A stretch of 64,000 nucleotides of DNA from Auanema rhodensis (taxonomy: Eukaryota > Animalia > Nematoda): assembly GCA_964057225.1 (NCBI GenBank), contig OZ059900.1, positions 6,262,001 through 6,326,000 of the forward strand, written 5' to 3'. Below, one piece after another: positions 47,908 through 62,900 of this stretch. The translations under genes were made by a program, and so were the position numbers. The stretch's first letter is position 1, and the number at the start of each line of letters is the position of its first letter. A model generated the notes under the pieces. The model saw only the letters and a program-made list of their open reading frames with translations. It was not told the origin of the DNA and did no database searches.

Positions 47908-50900
47908 GATGATCAAATAACATAAAAGTTACAAAAAAAGGTAAAATTTCAAAAACTTATAAGTAAAGAACTGTTCATTATTTTGAGATGAAATTCACAA
48001 AATTCTAAGATATGATATTAAACTCTACAATACTCAAAGATGATCAAACAATAAAAACGGTAATGTAGATTTCAAATTGATTGAAAAAATACAAAATTTC
48101 ACAAAAAAAGGTAAATTTTCAAAAACTTATAAGTAAAGAACTGTTCATTATTTTGAGATGAAATTCTCAAAATTGCAAGATATGATATCAAACTCTACAA
48201 TACTCAAAGATGATCAAAGAATAAAGAGGGTAATATAGATTTCAAATTGATTGAAAAAATACAAAATTTTACAAAAAAAGGTAAATTTTCAAAAACTTAT
48301 AAGTAAAGAACTGTTCATTATTTTGAGATGAAATTCTCAAAATTGCAAGATATGATATCAAACTCTACAATACTCAAAGATGATCAAAAAATAGAGACGG
48401 TAATGTAGATTTCAAATTGATTGAAAAAATACAAAATTTTACAAAAAAAGGTAAATTTTCAAAAACTTATAAGTAAAGAACTGTTCATTATTTTGAGATG
48501 AAATTCTCAAAATTGCAAGATATGATATCAAACTCTACAATACTCAAAGATGATCAAAAAATAGAGACGGTAATGTAGATTTCAAATTGATTGAAAAAAT
48601 ACAAAATTTTACAAAAAAAGGTAAATTTTCAAAAACTTATAAGTAAAGAACTGTTCATTATTTTGAGATGAAATTCTCGAAATTCTAAGATGTGATATTA
48701 AACTCTACAATACTCAAAGATCATCAAACAATAAAGACGGTAATGTAGATTTCAAATTGATTGAAAAAATACAAAATTTTACAAAAAAAGGTAAATTTTC
48801 AAAAACTTATAAGTAAAGAACTGTTCATTATTTTGAGATGAAATTCTCAAAATTGCAAGATATGATATCAAACTCTACAATACTCAAAGATGATCAAAAA
48901 ATAGAGACGGTAATGTAGATTTCAAATTGATTGAAAAAATACAAAATTTTACAAAAAAAGGTAAATTTTCAAAAACTTATAAGTAAAGAACTGTTCATTA
49001 TTTTGAGATGAAATTCTCAAAATTGCAAGATATGATATCAAACTCTACAATACTCAAAGATGATCAAAAAATAGAGACGGTAATGTAGATTTCAAATTGA
49101 TTGAAAAAATACAAAATTTTACAAAAAAAGGTAAATTTTCAAAAACTTATAAGTAAAGAACTGTTCATTATTTTGAGATGAAATTCTCGAAATTCTAAGA
49201 TGTGATATTAAACTCTACAATACTCAAAGATCATCAAACAATAAAGACGGTAATGTAGATTTCAAATTGATTGAAAAAATACAAAATTTTACAAAAAAAG
49301 GTAAATTTTCAAAAACTTATAAGTAAAGAACTGTTCATTATTTTGAGATGAAATTCTCAAAATTCTAAGATGTGATATTAAACTCTACAATACTCAAAGA
49401 TGATCAAAAAATAGAGACGGTAATGTAGATTTCAAATTGATTGAAAAAATACAAAATTTTACAAAAAAAGGTAAATTTTCAAAAACTTATAAGTAAAGAA
49501 CTGTTCATTATTTTGAGATGAAATTCTCAAAATTCTAAGATGTGATATTAAACTCTACAATACTCAAAGATGATCGAACAATAAAAACGGTAATGTAGAT
49601 TTCAAATTGATTGAAAAAATACAAAATTTTACAAAAAAAGGTAAATTTTCAAAAACTTATAAGTAAAGAACTGTTCATTATTTTGAGATGAAATTCTCAA
49701 AATTGCAAGATATGATATCAAACTCTACAATACTCAAAGATGATCAAAGAATAAAGAGGGTAATATAGATTTCAAATTGATTGAAAAAATACAAAATTTT
49801 ACAAAAAAAGGTGAATTTTCAAAAACTTATAAGTAAAGAACTGTTCATTATTTTGAGATGAAATTCTCAAAATTGCAAGATATGATATCAAACTCTACAA
49901 TACTCAAAGATGATCAAAGAATAAAGAGGGTAATGTAGATTTCAAATTGATTGAAAAAATACAAAATTTTACAAAAAAAGGTAAATTTTCAAAAACTTAT
50001 AAGTAAAGAACTGTTCATTATTTCGAGAAGAAATTCTCAAAAATCTAAGATGTGATATTAAACTCTACAATACTCAAAGATGATCAAACAATAAAGACGG
50101 TAATGTAGATTTCAAATTGATTGAAAAAATACAAAAAGTTACAAAAAAAGGTAAATTTTCAAAAACTTATAAGTAAAGAACTGTTCATTATTTCGAGAAG
50201 AAATTCTCAAAAATCTAAGATGTGATATTAAACTCTACAATACTCAAAGATGATCAAACAATAAAGACGGTAATGTAGATTTCAAATTGATTGAAAAAAT
50301 ACAAAAAGTTACAAAAAAAGGTAAATTTTCAAAAACTTATAAGTAAAGAACTGTTCATTATTTTGAGATGAAATTCTCAAAATTGCAAGATATGATATCA
50401 AACTCTACAATACTCAAAGATGATCAAACAATAAAGACGGTAATGTAGATTTCAAATTGATTGAAAAAATACAAAAAGTTACAAAAAAAGGTAAATTTTC
50501 AAAAACTTATAAGTAAAGAACTGTTCATTATTTCGAGAAGAAATTCTCAAAAATCTAAGATGTGATATTAAACTCTACAATACTCAAAGATGATCAAACA
50601 ATAAAGACGGTAATGTAGATTTCAAATTGATTGAAAAAATACAAAAAGTTACAAAAAAAGGTAAATTTTCAAAAACTTATAAGTAAAGAACTGTTCATTA
50701 TTTTGAGATGAAATTCTCAAAATTGCAAGATATGATATCAAACTCTACAATACTCAAAGATGATCAAACAATAAAGAGGGTAATGTAGATTTTGAATTGA
50801 TTGAAAAAATACAAAAAGTTACAAAAAAAGGTAAATTTTCAAAAACTTATAAGTAAAGAACTGTTCATTATTTCGAGAAGAAATTCTCAAAAATCTAAGA

Positions 50901-53900
50901 TGTGATATTAAACTCTACAATACTCAAAGATGATCAAACAATAAAGACGGTAATGTAGATTTCAAATTGATTGAAAAAATACAAAAAGTTACAAAAAAAG
51001 GTAAATTTTCAAAAACTTATAAGTAAAGAACTGTTCATTATTTCGAGAAGAAATTCTCAAAAATCTAAGATGTGATATTAAACTCTACAATACTCAAAGA
51101 TGATCAAACAATAAAGACGGTAATGTAGATTTCAAATTGATTGAAAAAATACAAAAAGTTACAAAAAAAGGTAAATTTTCAAAAACTTATAAGTAAAGAA
51201 CTGTTCATTATTTTGAGATGAAATTCTCAAAATTGCAAGATATGATATCAAACTCTACAATACTCAAAGATGATCAAACAATAAAGACGGTAATGTAGAT
51301 TTCAAATTGATTGAAAAAATACAAAATTTTACAAAAAAAGGTAAATTTTCAAAAACTTATAAGTAAAGAACTGTTAATTATTTTGAGATGAAATTCTCAA
51401 AATTCTAAGATGTGATATTAAACTCTACAATACTCAAAGATGATCAAACAATAAAGACGGTAATGTAGATTTCAAATTGATTGAAAAAATACAAAATTTT
51501 ACAAAAAAAGGTAAATTTTCAAAAACTTATAAGTAAAGAACTGTTCATTATTTCGAGAAGAAATTCACAAAATTCTAAGATGTGATATTAAACTCTACAA
51601 TACTCAAAGATGATCAAACAATAAAGACGGTAATGTAGATTTCAAATTGATTGAAAAAATACAAAATTTTACAAAAAAAGGTAAATTTTCAAAAACTTAT
51701 AAGTAAAGAACTGTTCATTATTTTGAGATGAAATTCTCAAAATTCTAAGATGTGATATTAAACTCTACAATACTCAAAGATGATCAAACAATAAAGACGG
51801 TAATGTAGATTTCAAATTGATTGAAAAAATACAAAATGTTACAAAAAAAGGTAAATTTTCAAAAACTTATAAGTAAAGAACTGTTCATTATTTCGAGAAG
51901 AAATTCACAAAATTCTAAGATGTGATATTAAACTCTACAATACTCAAAGATGATCAAACAATAAAGACGGTAATGTAGATTTCAAATTGATTGAAAAAAT
52001 ACAAAAAGTTACAAAAAAAGGTAAATTTTCAAAAACTTATAAGTAAAGAACTGTTCATTATTTTGAGATGAAATTCTCAAAATTCTAAGATGTGATATTA
52101 AACTCTACAATACTCAAAGATGATCAAACAATAAAGACGGTAATGTAGATTTCAAATTGATTGAAAAAATTTAAAAAGTTACAAAAAAAGGTAAATTTTC
52201 AAAAACTTATAAGTAAAGAACTGTTCATTATTTCGAGAAGAAATTCACAAAATTCTAAGATGTGATATTAAACTCTACAATACTCAAAGATGATCAAACA
52301 ATAAAGACGGTAATGTAGATTTCAAATTGATTGAAAAAATACAAAAAGTTACAAAAAAAGGTAAATTTTCAAAAACTTATAAGTAAAGAACTGTTCATTA
52401 TTTCGAGAAGAAATTCACAAAATTCTAAGATGTGATATTAAACTCTACAATACTCAAAGATGATCAAACAATAAAGACGGTAATGTAGATTTCAAATTGA
52501 TTGAAAAAATACAAAATTTTACAAAAAAAGGTAAATTTTCAAAAACTTATAAGTAAAGAACTGTTAATTATTTTGAGATGAAATTCTCAAAATTCTAAGA
52601 TGTGATATTAAACTCTACAATACTCAAAGATGATCAAACAATAAAGACGGTAATGTAGATTTCAAATTGATTGAAAAAATACAAAAAGTTACAAAAAAAG
52701 GTAAATTTTCAAAAACTTATAAGTAAAGAACTGTTCATTATTTCGAGAAGAAATTCACAAAATTCTAAGATGTGATATTAAACTCTACAATACTCAAAGA
52801 TGATCAAACAATAAAGACGGTAATGTAGATTTCAAATTGATTGAAAAAATACAAAAAGTTACAAAAAAAGGTAAATTTTCAAAAACTTATAAGTAGAGAA
52901 CTGTTCATTATTTTGAGATGAAATTCTCAAAATTGCAAGATGTGATATTAAACTCTACAATACTCAAAGATGATCAAACAATAAAGACGGTAATGTAGAT
53001 TTCAAATTGATTGAAAAAATACAAAAAGTTACAAAAAAAGGTAAATTTTCAAAAACTTATAAGTAGAGAACTGTTCATTATTTTGAGATGAAATTCTCAA
53101 AATTGCAAGATGTGATATTAAACTCTACAATACTCAAAGATGATCAAACAATAAAGACGGTAATGTAGATTTCAAATTGATTGAAAAAATACAAAAAGTT
53201 ACAAAAAAAGGTAAATTTTCAAAAACTTATATGTAGAGAACTGTTCATTATTTTGAGATGAAATTCTCAAAATTGCAAGATGTGATATTAAACTCTACAA
53301 TACTCAAAGATGATCAAACAATAAAGACGGTAATGTAGATTTCAAATTGATTGAAAAAATACAAAAAGTTACAAAAAAAGGTAAATTTTCAAAAACTTAT
53401 AAGTAGAGAACTGTTCATTATTTTGAGATGAAATTCTCAAAATTGCAAGATGTGATATTAAACTCTACAATACTCAAAGATGATCAAACAATAAAGACGG
53501 TAATGTAGATTTCAAATTGATTGAAAAAATACAAAAAGTTACAAAAAAAGGTAAATTTTCAAAAACTTATAAGTAGAGAACTGTTCATTATTTTGAGATG
53601 AAATTCTCAAAATTGCAAGATGTGATATTAAACTCTACAATACTCAAAGATGATCAAACAATAAAGACGGTAATGTAGATTTCAAATTGATTGAAAAAAT
53701 ACAAAAAGTTACAAAAAAAGGTAAATTTTCAAAAACTTATATGTAGAGAACTGTTAATTATTTTGAGATGAAATTCTCAAAATTGCAAGATGTGATATTA
53801 AACTCTACAATACTCAAAGATGATCAAACAATAAAGACGGTAATGTAGATTTCAAATTGATTGAAAAAATACAAAAAGTTACAAAAAAAGGTAAATTTTC

Positions 53901-56900
53901 AAAAACTTATAAGTAGAGAACTGTTCATTATTTTGAGATGAAATTCTCAAAATTGCAAGATGTGATATTAAACTCTACAATACTCAAAGATGATCAAACA
54001 ATAAAGACGGTAATGTAGATTTCAAATTGATTGAAAAAATACAAAAAGTTACAAAAAAAGGTAAATTTTCAAAAACTTATAAGTAAAGAACTGTTCATTA
54101 TTTCGAGAAGAAATTCTCAAAAATCTAAGATGTGATATTAAACTCTACAATACTCAAAGATGATCAAACAATAAAGACGGTAATGTAGATTTCAAATTGA
54201 TTGAAAAAATACAAAAAGTTACAAAAAAAGGTAAATTTTCAAAAACTTATAAGTAAAGAACTGTTCATTATTTTGAGATGAAATTCTCAAAATTGCAAGA
54301 TATGATATCAAACTCTACAATACTCAAAGATGATCAAACAATAAAGACGGTAATGTAGATTTCAAATTGATTGAAAAAATACAAAATTTTACAAAAAAAG
54401 GTAAATTTTCAAAAACTTATAAGTAAAGAACTGTTAATTATTTTGAGATGAAATTCTCAAAATTCTAAGATGTGATATTAAACTCTACAATACTCAAAGA
54501 TGATCAAACAATAAAGACGGTAATGTAGATTTCAAATTGATTGAAAAAATACAAAATTTTACAAAAAAAGGTAAATTTTCAAAAACTTATAAGTAAAGAA
54601 CTGTTCATTATTTCGAGAAGAAATTCACAAAATTCTAAGATGTGATATTAAACTCTACAATACTCAAAGATGATCAAACAATAAAGACGGTAATGTAGAT
54701 TTCAAATTGATTGAAAAAATACAAAATTTTACAAAAAAAGGTAAATTTTCAAAAACTTATAAGTAAAGAACTGTTCATTATTTTGAGATGAAATTCTCAA
54801 AATTCTAAGATGTGATATTAAACTCTACAATACTCAAAGATGATCAAACAATAAAGACGGTAATGTAGATTTCAAATTGATTGAAAAAATACAAAATGTT
54901 ACAAAAAAAGGTAAATTTTCAAAAACTTATAAGTAAAGAACTGTTCATTATTTCGAGAAGAAATTCACAAAATTCTAAGATGTGATATTAAACTCTACAA
55001 TACTCAAAGATGATCAAACAATAAAGACGGTAATGTAGATTTCAAATTGATTGAAAAAATACAAAAAGTTACAAAAAAAGGTAAATTTTCAAAAACTTAT
55101 AAGTAAAGAACTGTTCATTATTTTGAGATGAAATTCTCAAAATTCTAAGATGTGATATTAAACTCTACAATACTCAAAGATGATCAAACAATAAAGACGG
55201 TAATGTAGATTTCAAATTGATTGAAAAAATTTAAAAAGTTACAAAAAAAGGTAAATTTTCAAAAACTTATAAGTAAAGAACTGTTCATTATTTCGAGAAG
55301 AAATTCACAAAATTCTAAGATGTGATATTAAACTCTACAATACTCAAAGATGATCAAACAATAAAGACGGTAATGTAGATTTCAAATTGATTGAAAAAAT
55401 ACAAAAAGTTACAAAAAAAGGTAAATTTTCAAAAACTTATAAGTAAAGAACTGTTCATTATTTCGAGAAGAAATTCACAAAATTCTAAGATGTGATATTA
55501 AACTCTACAATACTCAAAGATGATCAAACAATAAAGACGGTAATGTAGATTTCAAATTGATTGAAAAAATACAAAATTTTACAAAAAAAGGTAAATTTTC
55601 AAAAACTTATAAGTAAAGAACTGTTAATTATTTTGAGATGAAATTCTCAAAATTCTAAGATGTGATATTAAACTCTACAATACTCAAAGATGATCAAACA
55701 ATAAAGACGGTAATGTAGATTTCAAATTGATTGAAAAAATACAAAAAGTTACAAAAAAAGGTAAATTTTCAAAAACTTATAAGTAAAGAACTGTTCATTA
55801 TTTCGAGAAGAAATTCACAAAATTCTAAGATGTGATATTAAACTCTACAATACTCAAAGATGATCAAACAATAAAGACGGTAATGTAGATTTCAAATTGA
55901 TTGAAAAAATACAAAAAGTTACAAAAAAAGGTAAATTTTCAAAAACTTATAAGTAGAGAACTGTTCATTATTTTGAGATGAAATTCTCAAAATTGCAAGA
56001 TGTGATATTAAACTCTACAATACTCAAAGATGATCAAACAATAAAGACGGTAATGTAGATTTCAAATTGATTGAAAAAATACAAAAAGTTACAAAAAAAG
56101 GTAAATTTTCAAAAACTTATAAGTAGAGAACTGTTCATTATTTTGAGATGAAATTCTCAAAATTGCAAGATGTGATATTAAACTCTACAATACTCAAAGA
56201 TGATCAAACAATAAAGACGGTAATGTAGATTTCAAATTGATTGAAAAAATACAAAAAGTTACAAAAAAAGGTAAATTTTCAAAAACTTATATGTAGAGAA
56301 CTGTTCATTATTTTGAGATGAAATTCTCAAAATTGCAAGATGTGATATTAAACTCTACAATACTCAAAGATGATCAAACAATAAAGACGGTAATGTAGAT
56401 TTCAAATTGATTGAAAAAATACAAAAAGTTACAAAAAAAGGTAAATTTTCAAAAACTTATAAGTAGAGAACTGTTCATTATTTTGAGATGAAATTCTCAA
56501 AATTGCAAGATGTGATATTAAACTCTACAATACTCAAAGATGATCAAACAATAAAGACGGTAATGTAGATTTCAAATTGATTGAAAAAATACAAAAAGTT
56601 ACAAAAAAAGGTAAATTTTCAAAAACTTATAAGTAGAGAACTGTTCATTATTTTGAGATGAAATTCTCAAAATTGCAAGATGTGATATTAAACTCTACAA
56701 TACTCAAAGATGATCAAACAATAAAGACGGTAATGTAGATTTCAAATTGATTGAAAAAATACAAAAAGTTACAAAAAAAGGTAAATTTTCAAAAACTTAT
56801 ATGTAGAGAACTGTTAATTATTTTGAGATGAAATTCTCAAAATTGCAAGATGTGATATTAAACTCTACAATACTCAAAGATGATCAAACAATAAAGACGG

Positions 56901-59900
56901 TAATGTAGATTTCAAATTGATTGAAAAAATACAAAAAGTTACAAAAAAAGGTAAATTTTCAAAAACTTATAAGTAGAGAACTGTTCATTATTTTGAGATG
57001 AAATTCTCAAAATTGCAAGATGTGATATTAAACTCTACAATACTCAAAGATGATCAAACAATAAAGACGGTAATGTAGATTTCAAATTGATTGAAAAAAT
57101 ACAAAAAGTTACAAAAAAAGGTAAATTTTCAAAAACTTATAAGTAGAGAACTGTTCATTATTTTGAGATGAAATTCTCAAAATTGCAAGATGTGATATTA
57201 AACTCTACAATACTCAAAGATGATCAAACAATAAAGACGGTAATGTAGATTTCAAATTGATTGAAAAAATACAAAAAGTTACAAAAAAAGGTAAATTTTC
57301 AAAAACTTATAAGTAGAGAACTGTTAATTATTTTGAGATGAAATTCACAAAATTCTAAGATGTGATATTGAACTCTACAATACTCAAAGATGATCAAACA
57401 ATAAAGACGGTAATGTAGATTTTGAATTGATTGAAAAAATACAAATTTTACAAAAAAAGGTAAATTTTCAAAAACTTATAAGTAGAGAACTGTTAATTAT
57501 TTTGAGATGAAATTCACAAAATTCTAAGATGTGATATTAAACTCTACAATACTCAAAGATGATCAAACAATAAAGACGGTAATGTAGATTTCAAATTGAT
57601 TGAAAAAATACAAAAAGTTACAAAAAAAGGTAAATTTTCAAAAACTTATAAGTAGAGAACTGTTAATTATTTTGAGATGAAATTCACAAAATTCTAAGAT
57701 GTGATATAAAACTCTACAATACTCAAAGATGATCAAAAAATAGAGACGGTAATGTAGATTTCAAATTGATTGAAAAAATATAAAATTTTACAAAAAAAGG
57801 TAAATTTTCAAAAACTTATAAGTAGAGAACTGTTAATTATTTTGAGATGAAATTCACAAAATTCTAAGATGTGATATTGAACTCTACAATACTCAAAGAT
57901 GATCAAACAATAAAGACGGTAATGTAGATTTTGAATTGATTGAAAAAATACAAAAAGTTACAAAAAAAGGTAAATTTTCAAAAACTTATAAGTAGAGAAC
58001 TGTTAATTATTTTGAGATGAAATTCACAAAATTCTAAGATGTGATATTGAACTCTACAATACTCAAAGATGATCAAACAATAAAGACGGTAATGTAGATT
58101 TCAAATTGATTGAAAAAATACAAAAAGTTACAAAAAAAGGTAAATTTTCAAAAACTTATAAGTAGAGAACTGTTAATTATTTTGAGATGAAATTCACAAA
58201 ATTCTAAGATGTGATATTAAACTCTACAATACTCAAAGATGATCAAAAAATAGAGACGGTAATGTAGATTTCAAATTGATTGAAAAAATATAAAAATTTA
58301 CAAAAAAAGGTAAATTTTCAAAAACTTATAAGTAAAGAACTGTTAATTATTTTGAGATGAATATCTCAAAATTGCAAGATGTGATATTAAACTCTACAGT
58401 ACTCAAAGATGATCAAACAATAAAGACGGTAATGTAGATTTCAAATTGATTGAAAAAATACAAAATTTTACAAAAAAAGGTAAATTTTCAAAAACTTATA
58501 AGTAGAGAACTGTTCATTATTTTGAGATGAATATCTCAAAATTGCAAGATGTGATATTAAACTCTACAATACTCAAAGATGATCAAACAATAAAGACGTG
58601 AATGTAGATTTTGAATTGATTGAAAAAATACAAAAAGTTACAAAAAAAGGTAAATTTTCAAAAACTTATAAGTAGAGAACTGTTAATTATTTTGAGATGA
58701 AATTCACAAAATTCTAAGATGTGATATTAAACTCTACAATACTCAAAGATGATCAAACAATAAAAACGGTAATGTAGATTTCAAATTGATTGAAAAAATA
58801 CAAAAAGTTACAAAAAAAGGTAAATTTTCAAAAACTTATAAGTAGAGAACTGTTAATTATTTTGAGATGAAATTCACAAAATTCTAAGATGTGATATTAA
58901 ACTCTACAATACTCAAAGATGATCAAAAAATAGAGACGGTAATGTAGATTTCAAATTGATTGAAAAAATATAAAAATTTACAAAAAAAGGTAAATTTTCA
59001 AAAACTTATAAGTAAAGAACTGTTAATTATTTTGAGATGAATATCTCAAAATTGCAAGATGTGATATTAAACTCTACAGTACTCAAAGATGATCAAACAA
59101 TAAAGACGGTAATGTAGATTTCAAATTGATTGAAAAAATACAAAAAGTTACAAAAAAAGGTAAATTTTCAAAAACTTATAAGTAGAGAACTGTTAATTAT
59201 TTTGAGATGAAATTCACAAAATTCTAAGATGTGATATTAAACTCTACAATACTCAAAGATGATCAAACAATAAAGACGTGAATGTAGATTTTGAATTGAT
59301 TGAAAAAATACAAAAAGTTACAAAAAAAGGTAAATTTTCAAAAACTTATAAGTAGAGAACTGTTCATTATTTTGAGATGAAATTCTCAAAATTGCAAGAT
59401 GTGATATTAAACTCTACAATACTCAAAGATGATCAAACAATAAAGACGGTAATGTAGATTTTGAATTGATTGAAAAAATACAAAAAGTTACAAAAAAAGG
59501 TAAATTTTCAAAAACTTATAAGTAGAGAACTGTTAATTATTTTGAGATGAAATTCACAAAATTCTAAGATGTGATATTGAACTCTACAATACTCAAAGAT
59601 GATCAAACAATAAAGACGGTAATGTAGATTTCAAATTGATTGAAAAAATATAAAATTTTACAAAAAAAGGTAAATTTTCAAAAACTTATAAGTAAAGAAC
59701 TGTTAATTATTTTGAGATGAATATCTCAAAATTGCAAGATGTGATATTAAACTCTACAGTACTCAAAGATGATCAAACAATAAAGACGGTAATGTAGATT
59801 TCAAATTGATTGAAAAAATACAAAAAGTTACAAAAAAAGGTAAATTTTCAAAAACTTATAAGTAGAGAACTGTTAATTATTTTGAGATGAAATTCACAAA

Positions 59901-62900
59901 ATTCTAAGATGTGATATTAAACTCTACAATACTCAAAGATGATCAAAAAATAGAGACGGTAATGTAGATTTCAAATTGATTGAAAAAATATAAAAATTTA
60001 CAAAAAAAGGTAAATTTTCAAAAACTTATAAGTAAAGAACTGTTAATTATTTTGAGATGAATATCTCAAAATTGCAAGATGTGATATTAAACTCTACAGT
60101 ACTCAAAGATGATCAAACAATAAAGACGGTAATGTAGATTTCAAATTGATTGAAAAAATACAAAAAGTTACAAAAAAAGGTAAATTTTCAAAAACTTATA
60201 AGTAGAGAACTGTTAATTATTTTGAGATGAAATTCACAAAATTCTAAGATGTGATATTAAACTCTACAATACTCAAAGATGATCAAACAATAAAGACGTG
60301 AATGTAGATTTTGAATTGATTGAAAAAATACAAAAAGTTACAAAAAAAGGTAAATTTTCAAAAACTTATAAGTAGAGAACTGTTCATTATTTTGAGATGA
60401 AATTCTCAAAATTGCAAGATGTGATATTAAACTCTACAATACTCAAAGATGATCAAACAATAAAGACGGTAATGTAGATTTTGAATTGATTGAAAAAATA
60501 CAAAAAGTTACAAAAAAAGGTAAATTTTCAAAAACTTATAAGTAGAGAACTGTTAATTATTTTGAGATGAAATTCACAAAATTCTAAGATGTGATATTGA
60601 ACTCTACAATACTCAAAGATGATCAAACAATAAAGACGGTAATGTAGATTTCAAATTGATTGAAAAAATATAAAATTTTACAAAAAAAGGTAAATTTTCA
60701 AAAACTTATAAGTAAAGAACTGTTAATTATTTTGAGATGAATATCTCAAAATTGCAAGATGTGATATTAAACTCTACAGTACTCAAAGATGATCAAACAA
60801 TAAAGACGGTAATGTAGATTTTGAATTGATTGAAAAAATACAAAAATTTACAAAAAAAGGTAAATTTTCAAAAACTTATAAGTAAAGAACTGTTAATTAT
60901 TTTGAGATGAATATCTCAAAATTGCAAGATGTGATATTAAACTCTACAGTACTCAAAGATGATCAAACAATAAAGACGGTAATGTAGATTTCAAATTGAT
61001 TGAAAAAATACAAAAAGTTACAAAAAAAGGTAAATTTTCAAAAACTTATAAGTAGAGAACTGTTAATTATTTTGAGATGAAATTCACAAAATTCTAAGAT
61101 GTGATATTAAACTCTACAATACTCAAAGATGATCAAACAATAAAGACGTGAATGTAGATTTTGAATTGATTGAAAAAATACAAAAAGTTACAAAAAAAGG
61201 TAAATTTTCAAAAACTTATAAGTAGAGAACTGTTCATTATTTTGAGATGAAATTCTCAAAATTGCAAGATGTGATATTAAACTCTACAATACTCAAAGAT
61301 GATCAAACAATAAAGACGGTAATGTAGATTTTGAATTGATTGAAAAAATACAAAAAGTTACAAAAAAAGGTAAATTTTCAAAAACTTATAAGTAGAGAAC
61401 TGTTAATTATTTTGAGATGAAATTCACAAAATTCTAAGATGTGATATTGAACTCTACAATACTCAAAGATGATCAAACAATAAAGACGGTAATGTAGATT
61501 TCAAATTGATTGAAAAAATATAAAATTTTACAAAAAAAGGTAAATTTTCAAAAACTTATAAGTAAAGAACTGTTAATTATTTTGAGATGAATATCTCAAA
61601 ATTGCAAGATGTGATATTAAACTCTACAGTACTCAAAGATGATCAAACAATAAAGACGGTAATGTAGATTTCAAATTGATTGAAAAAATACAAAAAGTTA
61701 CAAAAAAAGGTAAATTTTCAAAAACTTATAAGTAGAGAACTGTTAATTATTTTGAGATGAAATTCACAAAATTCTAAGATGTGATATTAAACTCTACAAT
61801 ACTCAAAGATGATCAAAAAATAGAGACGGTAATGTAGATTTCAAATTGATTGAAAAAATATAAAAATTTACAAAAAAAGGTAAATTTTCAAAAACTTATA
61901 AGTAAAGAACTGTTAATTATTTTGAGATGAATATCTCAAAATTGCAAGATGTGATATTAAACTCTACAGTACTCAAAGATGATCAAACAATAAAGACGGT
62001 AATGTAGATTTCAAATTGATTGAAAAAATACAAAAAGTTACAAAAAAAGGTAAATTTTCAAAAACTTATAAGTAGAGAACTGTTAATTATTTTGAGATGA
62101 AATTCACAAAATTCTAAGATGTGATATTAAACTCTACAATACTCAAAGATGATCAAACAATAAAGACGTGAATGTAGATTTTGAATTGATTGAAAAAATA
62201 CAAAAAGTTACAAAAAAAGGTAAATTTTCAAAAACTTATAAGTAGAGAACTGTTCATTATTTTGAGATGAAATTCTCAAAATTGCAAGATGTGATATTAA
62301 ACTCTACAATACTCAAAGATGATCAAACAATAAAGACGGTAATGTAGATTTTGAATTGATTGAAAAAATACAAAAAGTTACAAAAAAAGGTAAATTTTCA
62401 AAAACTTATAAGTAGAGAACTGTTAATTATTTTGAGATGAAATTCACAAAATTCTAAGATGTGATATTGAACTCTACAATACTCAAAGATGATCAAACAA
62501 TAAAGACGGTAATGTAGATTTCAAATTGATTGAAAAAATATAAAATTTTACAAAAAAAGGTAAATTTTCAAAAACTTATAAGTAAAGAACTGTTAATTAT
62601 TTTGAGATGAATATCTCAAAATTGCAAGATGTGATATTAAACTCTACAGTACTCAAAGATGATCAAACAATAAAGACGGTAATGTAGATTTCAAATTGAT
62701 TGAAAAAATACAAAATTTTACAAAAAAAGGTAAATTTTCAAAAACTTATAAGTAAAGAACTGTTAATTATTTTGAGATGAATATCTCAAAATTGCAAGAT
62801 GTGATATTAAACTCTACAGTACTCAAAGATGATCAAACAATAAAGACGGTAATGTAGATTTCAAATTGATTGAAAAAATACAAAATTTTACAAAAAAAGG

